A stretch of 63,573 bases of DNA, filler included, from Reticulomyxa filosa (Eukaryota > Protista > Foraminifera), in assembly GCA_000512085.1 (NCBI GenBank). It is 20 parts of 20 records of this genome, joined end to end, with 100 filler letters (N's around TTAATTAATTAA, not from the genome) between each part and the next. Parts side by side here need not be neighbours in the genome. Positions count along the whole stretch, not along the records: positions 32,550 to 44,360 come from ASPP01005014.1; positions 44,461 to 50,673 come from ASPP01003218.1; positions 50,774 to 55,202 come from ASPP01015118.1; 17 more parts are not named here. One strand, written 5' to 3'. The notes below the pieces were generated by a model. The model worked only from the letters and a program-made list of their open reading frames with translations. It made no database searches and was not told the DNA's origin. How positions within the stretch are numbered: the stretch's first letter is position 1; each line of letters starts with the position of its first letter. The position numbers and the translations under genes were made by a program. Below, piece after piece: positions 38,040-50,835 of the stretch.

Positions 38040-39900
38040 TGTGATCAGCTCCTAATGTTTGTGTTGATCACCGCGTAATGCTAAAGTCAATATCGGCAAC
38101 AATAAATAATAAAATTAAAAATCTAACAAGGCACAGTTGATAATATTTTGATCGCGCAAAGCAATCACCAGTAGCTTGATATCGACTTAGCATCGAACGA
38201 ACATGAGCGAAGCTGTTGAAGTAATCTTTCAATGCTTGATTTAATAGACATAATGTCACTTTCACAAAAATTGTTTGATTAGGCCATTGCAATAGCTTAT
38301 TTTGCATATTCAAAATGTATCATTTTTTCATGCAACTCCACTGCTTGTTCATATCTTCTTCAGCTGTGCATATATATCTGCCGCTCGAACCAAGCTCTTT
38401 TTTTTTTTTTAATCATAATACTTGAAGTTAGTTGATGACTTACAAAGAGAGTTTTTGAGATTACACAATGGCAAAAAAAGTCACCACACATACATTTTTT
38501 GTTCGTGGCTTTCAGAAATTTGCGCTGCAAGTTCATATTGTTTTGCAGCCTCTTCAAATGTTTCATCCTTGCACAGGATATGTGCAATCTAATGTGAAGT
38601 TGTTATGTTTGCATTCAGATTTACGCATTGAAAAAAAAAAAACCAAAAAAAACCTCAGTTAATTGCAACGCTGGAATTCGTACGTATATGTTTATTTATT
38701 TAGTTGAACTTTTTGAATTAAATTGGATGCTTTGGCTCCATTGATCATTTTCCTTAAAAGAAGAAGTAATGTGCGTGATTGTATGCATCTATCGCGAGTT
38801 TTAAACTTACGTGTCGATAGCATGCTCCCGCTTCTTTCCAATAGTTCTTTGCACTACATGGACTTTCATTGTGGTGCTATGTTTTGCGGATTTTTTTTGT
38901 AACAATTGTCCGCTTGTTCAACTGCATTTGTTTTTGGCACATTTAAACATAAATAATTACGTTGAAGACACACTATCGTACAATTTGTTTCAAGTTGTGA
39001 CATCCAATTATATGTACATATATCATTTTCCAACAGTTTTTTAGTGATCCTCCATTGCACTGCCGCTTTTGCAAAGCCTTCCGTAATTTCTTGCTCAATT
39101 GTAATCTATTTTTACCTAAATACAGTTCCTTCTTTCTGTTGTGCTTTGATTCAAATTGTACTTTCAGTCGAACTTCAGTTCAAGTTCTTGGATGTTATTG
39201 CTTTGAGCAGACACTTTAGAGGGGGTTTTTTTATTTATTTGCCGGCACCAAATAGCTGATAGCAGACTCGTATTCGAGGCCATAAACTTTATCCAATCCA
39301 TAAACAGCACCGGAAGAAGTCTGCAATCAAAGATTTCAGCCTATCAAAAAAAAAATTTTTGGATATACGTACCAATAAAAACGTTTTTGTTTGCAACGCC
39401 AAAAAAAAACAAACACAAAAAAAAATTGAGCTAAACTTCTTCATCATCACGTCTTCAATTCCCTGTCTTCCGTGATAAATCATGTGGCGATCCTTTTCAA
39501 ATATAACAATTCTCAACAAGTCATGTAATACAAGCTGTGCTTCTCAACGTTCAATGTCATCACGAGTGACACACTTGAGTGACAACGTTTGCACTACATT
39601 TTTTTTTTCCATCCAAACATTCTTGCATTTTATTTGATACAAGTGCTAATTCCTTCTTCAATTTCTCGTATCTTAACATCTATTTCTTTTCTTCCATGCT
39701 CTCGTCCAACTTGCCCACATTCGCAACAGCCAGACAGGTGTCAAAGAAATAACTTCCAAGATTTCTTCGTATTCGAAATTATGAACCTCCAACATCCTGC
39801 TATCCTTTGTTTTCTGTGACGTAGTCTCAAAATTTCCTCCACACGTCATTTCGGGCATTACCCAATGGGGGCCATCCCAATATCAAACAAAATAAGTGAA
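38040..39900 (-). pseudogene. TPR-protein pseudogene, tandem copy 3
   Basis: Begins MPEMTCGGNFETTSQK...; downstream decayed TPR-like helices with many stops. Confidence 0.55.
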
Positions 39901-40379
39901 CGAAAACTTCGATTTTTGCCATCATCTTATCAAAAAATATTCGTTTGTTCAATACCAAAAAAATTTGTAAACATGATATGCTTTGCTTTCAATTGTATTT
40001 ATTGATTGTTTTTGATTGTTTTTTCTTTTTTTTCAAAAGTGTTTCCCAGGGGATTTTTTAAAAAACTAGGTAATTAAAAAAACTTCTTGTCATTGCAGAA
40101 AAAAGTCAAATTTTTGTATTCCCTTGATTAATTTAGCAACAAATAAAAAATAAAAAGTGGAACGGCCGGTGTTTTTGAGCAGTCCAAACGTGAGCTGAGC
40201 CAAATTTCAACCTTGAACTTTTGGAAAGTGCGGCAAGTAGCTTTTGTCAAAATTAACGTTTCAAATTTAAAATTCGAGTCGTAATTGTTTACAAAGAGGA
40301 ATTTGACTAAAACGTTTTTTCAGTAACATTCTTTTTTTTTTGCACTGCAAAAACTTTTGAAAGTAATGATTTTTTTTGC

Positions 40380-41880
40380 TCATTTAACACTTGCAATCAA
40401 TTTTTTGAGTGTTTGTGTTCTTTGTTCGACTCTCCTGACACTTTACTCTATATTTTCCATGACTTCTCCAAATGTGTAAGTACCATTTTCAAATTGGAAT
40501 TTTTGTTTGAAACATAATGTCAAAGCAGAAGCTGTTTCACCAGAATAATGCATATTTTCAAGCACTTTTTTAAAATATTTATGGATATTTGAGATATGTT
40601 GTTCTGTAAGAGGATATAGAAGAGACAAACGAATGTATGTTTTTGCAACAGCACCATGGTCAGAGCCAAAACAGCTCTTCCTTTTTGCATTATTTAAATT
40701 GACCAAATGCAATTTTTTGGTGATATCTTTTTCACTATCCTACTTCAAGGATTACAATCGTCATTATATTGATCAATCTGCAATAAAACCAAAGAAAAAG
40801 AAAAAACTAAAAGCATGAGCCAATTAATTTGTTACATTGCTTTAATGCAATGTTGATAAAATTTGCTAATGTAATTTTTGTTATTATTGTTATTACATTT
40901 CTAATTGTTCTTGTTACAACAACTTTTTTTCACATGCTAATTGAAATGACTGAAACAGCAATTACATCAAAACATTCATGTATGTTTTGCACATTCTCAT
41001 GTGAATTCAGATTTTAATTTTTGATAACAATATTTCCAATTTTGCGGTGTTGGAAAGTCCATGTTGGTGGAACTAAGTTTGATTCCTTTTCTTCCTTTAA
41101 AGTAACCTATGAAATAAAAAAATTCATTCAAAATAAAAAAAAAAAGATAAAAACAAATTTACAAAATCTTAACTTAGTGAATTGCTATAAGTCGAAACAA
41201 TTGTTTTAAGACAGTACCCTTGCTGTCTATATGAAGGCTCCCGTAAAATTTATCCAACACATAAGCAGCACCAGAAGATATCTGTAATCAAAAAATTTCA
41301 GCCTATCAAAAAAAAAAGAAATTTTTTTTAGATATACGTATTCATGAAAACGTTTTTGTTTGCATACGCAAAAAAAAAAAAAATTAAAACCGAACTTATA
41401 CTTCATCATGTCTTCGATTACTGGCATGAGCAAAATGCAAAATTTCATCACCATTCAATTGGCCTTTTTTTTTAATCGGCTTGGATACGTCCAATGCCAT
41501 CACGAGTGACAAAATTGAGCACCATGTTTCGTATTACATTTTTTCCATCCAACTATTCTTGCATTTCACTCGACATCAATTGTGAGCTTGCGTGAAGTTT
41601 GTATGTACTGCAAAAACGCTTTTGCTACTTCCTTCTTTAATTCCTCGTGCTTAAGCGATTCTTTCTTTTCTTACTGACGTCCTCCACTTGACCAACGTCG
41701 TAACAATTAGTCTTTGCCGTCGAAATAACTTTCAAAGATTTCTTCGTATTCGAAATCACGAACCTCCAACACCTTGCTATCTTTTGCTTTCTGTGAGGAG
41801 GTCTCAAAATTTCCACAACACGTCATTTTGGACATTACCCAATGGGGGCCATCCCAATATCAAACAAAATAAGTGAACGA
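40380..41880 (-). pseudogene. TPR-protein pseudogene, tandem copy 2
   Basis: MTCCGNFETSSQKAKDSK... with stops. C-terminal FGSDHGAVAKTYIRLSLLY is TPR-like. Confidence 0.55.
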
Positions 41881-42351
41881 AAACTTCGATTTTTGCTATC
41901 GTCTTATCAAAAAATGTTCATTTGTTTAATCACAAAAAAAAAATTTAGAAATACACATTTTACTTTGAATTGTATTTATTTACTGTTTTTGATTGTTTTT
42001 TCTATTTTTTCCAAAAGTGTTTCCCAAGGTATTAAAAAAAAAACTAGGGAATTAAAATAACTCATTGTTATTACAAAAAAAAATCAAATTTTTTATTCCC
42101 TTGATTAATTTAACAACAGATCAAAAATAAGAAATGGAACGGCTAATGTTATTGAATATAAGTGTGCATTAATCCAATATCATGTACCCGAACTTTTGAA
42201 AAGTGCAGCAAGTAGCCTTTGTCAAAATTAACGTACCAAGGTTAAAAGTTGAGTCGTGATTGTTTTTTTACAAAGAGAGCTTTACTAAAACGTTTTATTG
42301 AGTAACAGCACTTTCAAAAGTTTTTGCAGTACAAAAAAAGAACGGTTTTTC

Positions 42352-44200
42352 TTATTTAACACTTGCACTCATATCTTTAATTTTTTCTTTGAGTGTCCAT
42401 GTTTCTTTCCACTCTCCTGACACTTTACTTTCTATTTTCCATGACTCTTCCAAATATGTAAATGCCACTTTCAAATCATTTTTTGTTCGAAACAAAAATG
42501 CCAAAGCAGAAGTTGTTTTACCAACAGAATGATACATGTTCAAGTACTTTTTTTAATATTTAAGAATATTTCGAGATATTCCATTGATTTGTCAAGTTGT
42601 TCTGTAAGAGCATATAAACGAACAAACGAGTATATATTTCTGCAACATCACTATGATTGAAACGAAACAACAGCTCTTCCTTTTTGCACTATTTAATTAA
42701 ATTGAATTAATTCAATTCTTTAGTTGATACCTTTTTTCAAATTTCCTGCTATTTCAAGTCCTGCATCAAATTTAAAGAACTAAAATCGTAATTACATTAA
42801 TCAATAACTTAACAAAATCAAACAAACAAAAAAATTGTAGAAACAAGCACAATTCGAAATGCAATAACAATACCAACAAAAAAAGTTACATGAACAAATT
42901 TTATCAACATTGTTATTAAAGCATTTAACAAATTGATTGGCGTATGATTTTAGTTTTTTCTTCGCACATCAATTGATTTCATTTATGTTTTGCGCAATTC
43001 CTTTTCATTCGCTGAAGTAACCTAATAAATTTACAAAATCTTATCTTGGAGTAGCTATAAATCGAAGAGGAAATAGAGCCAACTGAAATATACTATCTAT
43101 TTATACTCAAGCAAAGTTGGAGATCATTTGTGATTATACATTAAATGATATCTTCGTGTTTAAAATAATCAAATGAACATTCGGAGTGCAAGACATTGGA
43201 CAAATTGCAGCTATCTGTTATTGTCAATTTCGTCGAAAGATTATTATATAATACACATAACTGAACAAAGAATAATATATGATTAATCAACATAAAATTG
43301 TAGGCTGATTGTATCAATGATGGAAATGGGCCATTACAAATGAAAAAGTAATTAAAGCGGAAATATGACAACTAAAGCGATACATTTGTTTGGACATTAC
43401 AATTTGCAGTGTTGAAAGATTGCAACAAAGATACCTAATTACATTGTGGCAAGTTTAACTCTGGGATTGCTATTTGTCTTGATAAAAAACAAAAAAATTA
43501 CATTTAGCTCTACATGTAAAGATTTTTGTCACTAAATGATTCTACATTGACAATCACAATATTTCGTTTTTTACTCATAACAAAAACAGTGTCGTTACTG
43601 TCATTAAAGAGTTGCGGTTAGCGTGCATTCAAGACTAATAGCTTCACCAATTTTATAATAGATCGGAACAAGTCTTGTAACCAGGATTTCGGCCTACCAA
43701 AAAAGAAAAATTTTTTTTGGATATACGTATTAATAAAACATTTTTGTTTGCACATGCCCAAAAAGAAAAAAAGTTAAAATTAAACTTTTTGATCAACAAT
43801 CCACTTTTGCATCTTGTTTTGCTATCAAGCAGTCAGTTGAGTCTAATACGACAAATAATACTACTAGTTACACAAATTAGCGACAACGTTTCGCAATACA
43901 TTTTTGTTCGACTGTGTGAGTAGTTTGTACACCTGCAAAAACTTTGTTCTGCTTTCTTCTTCGTCGCTCATATCTTGAGCAATCTCTTTCTTTTCTTCAT
44001 TGATATCATCCACTTGCCGACGTTCTTAAGAGTTGAAAAAAGAACTTTCAAATCTTCGTTCGTATCCAAAATCACGAACATCTAATACGTTGATATCCTT
44101 TGTTTTATGTGGCGAGATCTCAAAATTTCCACAACACGTCATTTTGGGCATTACCCAAAGGGGGCCATCCCAATATCAAACAAAATAACTGAACGAAAAC
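42352..44200 (-). pseudogene. TPR-protein pseudogene, tandem copy 1
   Basis: Same N-terminal block at about 43950-44150. C-terminal AFTYLEESWKIESKVSGE block is homologous to 40380-40700. Confidence 0.55.
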
Positions 44201-44460
44201 TTCGATTTTTGATATAATCCAATCAAAAAATGTTTGTTTGTTCAGTCAAAAAAAAATTGTAGAAGTGGTATATTTTGCTTTAAATTACATTTATTTATTG
44301 TTTTTGATGTCGTTTTATATTTTTTTTGAACAGTGTTTCCCAGTGGATTTAGGAAAAAAANNNNNNNNNNNNNNNNNNNNNNNNNNNNNNNNNNNNNNNN
44401 NNNNTTAATTAATTAANNNNNNNNNNNNNNNNNNNNNNNNNNNNNNNNNNNNNNNNNNNN

Positions 44461-45077
44461 CCCAAAATTCAACAAATGGTAAAAGAATATTTCAATGGCA
44501 AAAAAGTGAACTTTAATACGAATCCAGATGAATTAGTTGCATTTGGAGCAGCTGCTCACGATGCAGTAATAAACGAACAGGCAGGCGACACAGTGGAGAA
44601 AATATTTCAAGATATCACTGTTACTGCTGATGAAGGCAGATCAAGCCAAGAGGAAATTAGCACCATGCTGAAATCGGTAACACAATTCGCTGCGGGAGCC
44701 CAAAAATTGGGAAACACTATCGAGGCCAGAAACAAATTAGAATCGGCCGTATATCATTTAAAAAACGAATTAGATGATGAAAACAAACTTGCTGGACATG
44801 TTTCTGAAGCCGATAAGGAAACATTGACAAAGGTTATTATTCGTTGCTTTTTTTTCCTATTTTACTCTCTAAAATTTATGTTTTATTTTGAATGAAACAC
44901 CACCAGGCTTGCAATGACGTTATTTTATGGATGAAAGAAAACACTGACGCAGAACTTGCTCACTACAAACATCAACAAGTAGCATTTGATTCAATTACCC
45001 AACCTATTTTGGACAATTTCTGTCAACAGGCGCACTGTGGTGCTAATGACGCCGTTCATTACATTACAGACCACTAG
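44461..45077 (+). pseudogene. HSP70 (BiP-like) C-terminal fragment with internal deletion of the substrate-binding beta domain
   Basis: PKIQQMVKEYFNGK...NPDELVAFGAA runs almost directly into ITVTADEGRSSQEEI...EARNKLES. Intron at about 44833-44907. Confidence 0.8.
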
Positions 45078-47699
45078 GGTTTGTAATTGGCGTAATTTTC
45101 CACAGATTTTTTATACTAACCGAAATAGCGAGATTATTCCGGTTTTTTATCAATGTTTTTTGTTCAAATTATCACATGTTTGCCATGTATCTCTTTCTTT
45201 TTTTTGATCAAATTTAAACTAACAACAAATTCAATTACAAATATTTTTTCACAATAACTCTTCGCATTTAAAAAAGTTTATAACAAGTATAAATGACAAA
45301 TCTTATGGATAAAATTATTTACTAAGTTGGATTTCATAATTGTAATTTTAAATGCAATACACAAATATTTTATGCCAATGTGAAGCATATATGACAATTT
45401 ATGATAACATTAGTCATTATTTTCTTGAATTTTCTTACAATTTTTAATATGCAATGCGCATATGAGCCTAAGCTTGCAAACCAAGTTAGCAATCCTCATC
45501 ATTTAAGGATATAGCGCTTAAAAAGAAAAGAATAACACTTATCAAGCTACATTATCACAAACTACTCACTTTACAAAATACTATATTATGTAATGTTTGT
45601 ATATTTATTTGTTGATTAAGTGTGCAATTACTCTGATTGATACTTTGTTTTAAGATATCTTTTGTTTCTAAGCATTAGAGAATCTTTAATTCTATGTCTT
45701 GCTACATTTTCTTTATTTTTTTGATCTCAGACATCCTTTTCATTATGTTGCACATTATATTTTATATCTGTTTTTTTCAGCAATGTGTTTAGTATCACAA
45801 CTAGCTTTCAAATTTTTTCAATGTCGTAACATATCGTTGTAGACTCCGATACTGACTACAAGTATTTGTCTTTAGTTTATTGTAGCATCAAATCATTTTG
45901 TTCAAATCATTCTAGTTTTTATTTATCTAATGATTGCAAATTGTTTTGTTCGTGTGTATGTTCATTTTTATTTGCATTTGTATTTCTTATCGTATTGGTC
46001 TGACCATACAGCAATTACATTTATAGTTTGTCGTTGATCGGTGGAACATGTTGGTGCAATGCAAAACTGTTGAAATTCATGTTGTAAATAATATTTTTCA
46101 TTGAAAAATTCTTTCAGCTAGGGTGTCATAATTGCATAAAGGAGTTTTCATTTGGTCAATTGGACAAATCGCAACGTATACTTTGACTTTATTCGAAATT
46201 CATTACTTTGTTTTTTGTTTAGTAACAGTAGAATATGTATTGCACAATCAGCTTATGTCTCAATTTCATATATATATAACACGTGATCTTTGACTTGATC
46301 AGTGTCTAGTACAAATAAAACTTGCACTTTTCAAAAAACTCAGCGTTGAAGCATTTGCACTAGTTGATGTTCGTCAACGGGGTCTACTCACAATCACAAA
46401 ACATCTTGTTCAAATACAAACAGATCACTTGCATATTATGTACTGGTTATTACTTGCAAGATGATATACAGCACAAGTGTATATATATTCAAAACTCATT
46501 TGTTTGCTTTGCTATATGTACATAGTCAGATGTTAACTACGATATCTTGTTTATTCATACAAACGTTTGCACACCTTTGATTGTGCAATTACAGCAACCA
46601 ATTTGAAACATAAAATAATAAAATGTTTAAATAAATTTATCATGCTAATTATCATAGTTAAGCCCTTCTGGTAGTTAGCTCTCTTTCCTTTCTCAAACGA
46701 ACGCTACACGTTACAGTAAAAAGAAATATCAATAGCGATGATATACGCATAGTTGAGGTCTAGCTTGTTCAATACGCACTTGCAATATAAATTGTTGCAA
46801 TAGCGCAATTATAGTATCGAACATTGTTACACTTAACCGGCGTACAATTACTGGTTTAATAAAAACAAAATCACAATTTTATGTATACGTTTTGTTTATA
46901 TCCAACCATTTTTTTTCATACAATAATAGATGATTCAAAGAAAAAAAGTATGGAAAAATAAATAAACTTTTTGCTTGTGTCATCTAGTTTTTGTTGACAC
47001 AAAGTAACTTGAAATATTGTTTTCGATTGAAAGTAATGTCAGCAAGCTATCCATGAAGTAGTTGCCATGTATCAAACAAATGAAAGAGTACAACAGTGTT
47101 TAGGCGACATTCAAACAACATTATCCAATATAAAAAAAAAAGGAAAATACAACTGTTAAAACTTTCTTACGCTCCCAAAAAAGTGTAATAAATAATTTTT
47201 AAAGCCTTTCAAAGGAATATGACAAAAATGATTAATTTTGTACCTAAAAAGCTCTATAGAAATCACAATATATTACAGTTTGATATTTTCATATCAAAAA
47301 ACAAATCCGCAATTGAAGCAATTTAATCTTCAAGCAGAATGTGGTTTGTCACATATCACAGATGCTAATTTTAAAATTGTTGAAACTATGTGTATATTCG
47401 TCCGATTGAAAATTATCACTTGAATGTGGTTAAAATCGTTACGTTTCACATTGCCTTTTCGCCTCAAGTGTTACCGAAAGAAAAGGGCGTTAAAGACGTT
47501 CAATATAAAAAGTCAATGCTTTCCGCGTCACAAAGCAAAAGTCGCGATAATCAAGTCCAAAGAGCAGATACTCAAAAGAAGGTGGAAAATATGTTATATA
47601 GAGAATCTCAGATTTGGCTATTTTTTGATGATAGTCTCGCGGTGTTGACGCATACACATAAACACAAAAAAAAAAAAAAAAACAACTCTATATTGGGAT

Positions 47700-48387
47700 A
47701 ACAGTCCAAAGATTTGAGTAATGCGGAAATGAAAAACTCAACAGCAATAAAAGAAACAGCACCATCCCACCAGAGCAAGAAACAACGAAAACGATCACAG
47801 GACACGCCTGTGTTCGTGAATGAAAAAAGTAAAGCTCCTTTAATATGTATTGAATTGTATCAAAAGTTGAAAGAGTTGGATAAAAACAATGACGGATATT
47901 TGAATTGGAAAGAGTTTGAGAAATTTTTGCAATCGTTGCAAATTCCAAACCGCAAAAACTCGACCATTACAATGAAAATGATGGAATATTTTTTTTTCGA
48001 CTTTAGTGTCAATCAGTTTGAACTACATTTTTTTTAAAGTGTGCCTATACATATATGCATATATGTATGTCATATAAGCCATTTTGTTTTGAAGCAGGGA
48101 TTAGACTTTGTATCAAAGTTGTTTTTGTTTTTTTATTTTTATTTGGGGAAAGAGATAAGAAAGTGAAGGAGAGAGAAGAGATCCTTTTTTCAATTGATAA
48201 GTTTGTGGCGCATATGGAACGTGAGTATAATGGCTTTGTGGCGTCACAAAGTGAGGTGAAATTGACGCGTGATAAAAATCAAACGGACAAAGGAAGAGAC
48301 CTTGTCTACTATTTATTGAAGACTTATAATTATCCTAATGATGTGAATCAGCAAATTATATTTGATATGGAGAATCATGACAATAGC

Positions 48388-48461
<74 letters not shown>

Positions 48462-49899
48462 TAATAATAATGATAAGACCAATCTCAAACCTATACAATA
48501 CTACTCACCATTGCATTCACCATCATCGTCATTGCCATCGATTCCAAACAATTATTACATAACTCCGCGTCGCTCGAATCGGCAGTCTCCAAAGGATAAG
48601 CGTCACTCCAACGCAAATACGTTTTCGCCAAGACAAAACAATGACAGCGCAAAAGCTAATGAAAATGAACATAAAATTGACACAAATTGGAAAAAAAAGC
48701 AGTTTCCAGAAAACGTGGGCCAAGCCAAGGATAAATGGAAAAGTTCCAGTCATGAAATTTTCACAAAGCATTCGCCAAGAACATTGCAGCATGCAACGGA
48801 CAATAATCAAAAATTTCGTCGCATTGAGCAATACACACTACACATTCAAGAAGCGTTGAGTAAATTTGATTACTATGAAAACGGCACATTGGATCCTACT
48901 GATTTTGCTCAAGGTTTTTCTTTCTTCTTCAATTCTTATTATTTTTATTATTTTTTAAATGTTTGGTGATTAGTAAAGGAGTCCATTGTTTATGTGTGTG
49001 TGTGTGTGTGTGTATTTTGTTGTAACCTCTTTCACTCGAAATGTATATTACGTAAATAACAAAAAATGTTTGTTGGATACAAAGGACTGTGTGAATTTCT
49101 ACCCGAGATCGACTTGGACAAATGCCAAATATTGCACGACTATTTTTGCGATGTTCCAGAGGACAAGATAGTAATAACAACGTATAACAATATCAACGCG
49201 TTGTTTGCAAGCCCACCTTTTCAATACGACGGGATATCGATACAAGAGGCGACAGCAGCGGCAACGGTGTTCACAAGCAATGTGACGAACCCTCGGATGA
49301 ATCGGTCGACACTCCATCGGTTTGGAGTGCTGCGTGGGAGCCAATCCTCTTCCAGAGCCAAGGGCTACGCGAGACAGAAGCAGCAGCAGCAGCAAACGAC
49401 ACAGCGACGACGGCAGGATGGCACCGATAGCGACTTGGCACTGTCCAATTTCAATAGCAATACAAGCAGCTATTCGCAAAGCCAGTCGCGTGATGAGCCA
49501 TCAACAAAGAGTGGTGGTGGAGTAGGAGGAGGAGTAGGAGGAGGTGGAGTTGCTATGAGAGACAAGCAAGCGTTGTCACATACATTGACCAGTACTCGCA
49601 GTGAAAATCACACGCCTGTAACGACGTCGGACGAACTGGTGATATCCGATGGCAGCACGTTGTACGTATCGTCCTCACATCTAAAGTTGACCGAAGTCAG
49701 CATCGACAAGTTTGTGAAAGTGGTGAGACTCTTTGCTCTGTCGCAAGTGCAGTCTCAAGCACCAGCGTGGAAGGGATACGCGTCTCCCAATGAAATGCTG
49801 AAGGATGCCTTGGAAGAATTCTTCCCCTCTGCTGTCAAGCACTTTGTGCGTATTTGCATCTCTCTTCTTGTGAACTGGGAGCTAAACAATGCATGTATA

Positions 49900-49955
<56 letters not shown>

Positions 49956-50673
49956 CACATAACATATACGTATGTATGCAAAGTATTCGAAATTGTTAAA
50001 TCGAATTCGACATGACTTGGAAAGTGTAAACGAAAGTAAAACGGGGACATTAACATTAAACGAGCTGGTAAATGGATTTAATCGACTTAATGCCTCGGAC
50101 AGCACTGCCATTGTCATTACCTCAACAAATATCATTCCTGTACCATCCATGAGTGATCCGGCGGCAATGAACCACATTTCATCCAAAAAAACTGCTTTGG
50201 AGACATTGACCCCCTCTGCAAAAGACGAAAGGGATACCTCTCCAAGTGCAAATGCCAACACATTGGAACACCTGGCTTATGTGGTGTTCCAGAGTAGTAG
50301 TAGTAGCATTAGCAATGACGGCGATGCAAAAAAACAGAGTAGTCGAAACAACCGAGACCGGCCTCATTACAATGGCGTTAGCATCGACGTGATAATGAAC
50401 AAGCTGCAGCAACATGTGTTGAAGATCGAAACGTCGATCGACGAGACATTCCATCATTTGATGAAATCCAAATTGAATTCGGTCACTCCCAATTCCAAGC
50501 ATTTGGATCTGATTTTGCACGTCAATGCGCATAAGAGTCAGTCGCGCTTGCTCTCCAACACCGTGGACACGCCAAGCGATTGGTGTCCGTTGTTTCAGCT
50601 CGTGTTTGCTCCTCAGCAGTACGCACAAGCCAAGGCCGCATTGGCTTCCTCTGCGACGACGACAACGACGACG
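47700..50673 (+). CDS. EF-hand-containing protein, multi-exon, 3' truncated
   Basis: LDKNNDGYLNWKEF, FDYYENGTLDPTDF and VNESKTGTLTLNEL loops separated by low-complexity linkers. Confidence 0.7.
48388..48471 (+). repeat. (AAT)n microsatellite encoding poly-Asn
   Basis: About 28 AAT/AAC codons in frame in the 48055-48969 ORF. Confidence 0.95.
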
Positions 50674-50791
50674 NNNNNNNNNNNNNNNNNNNNNNNNNNN
50701 NNNNNNNNNNNNNNNNNTTAATTAATTAANNNNNNNNNNNNNNNNNNNNNNNNNNNNNNNNNNNNNNNNNNNNGGGGGGGGGGGAAAAAGA

Positions 50792-50822
<31 letters not shown>

Positions 50823-50835
50823 TATTTTATAATTA

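Larger units (their letters stand above)
39280..44360. repeat. Diverged tandem triplication with ~2.0-2.3 kb period
   Basis: Shared block GGGGCCATCCCAATATCAAACAAAATAA.TGAACGAAAACTTCGATTTTTG at about 39867, 41845 and 44161, with further shared flanks. Confidence 0.92.

Noticed and set aside
48313-48562. Poly-Ile ORFs and similar F/K/Y-rich short ORFs across the window
   Set aside because: They are shadow frames of microsatellites and A/T-run introns.
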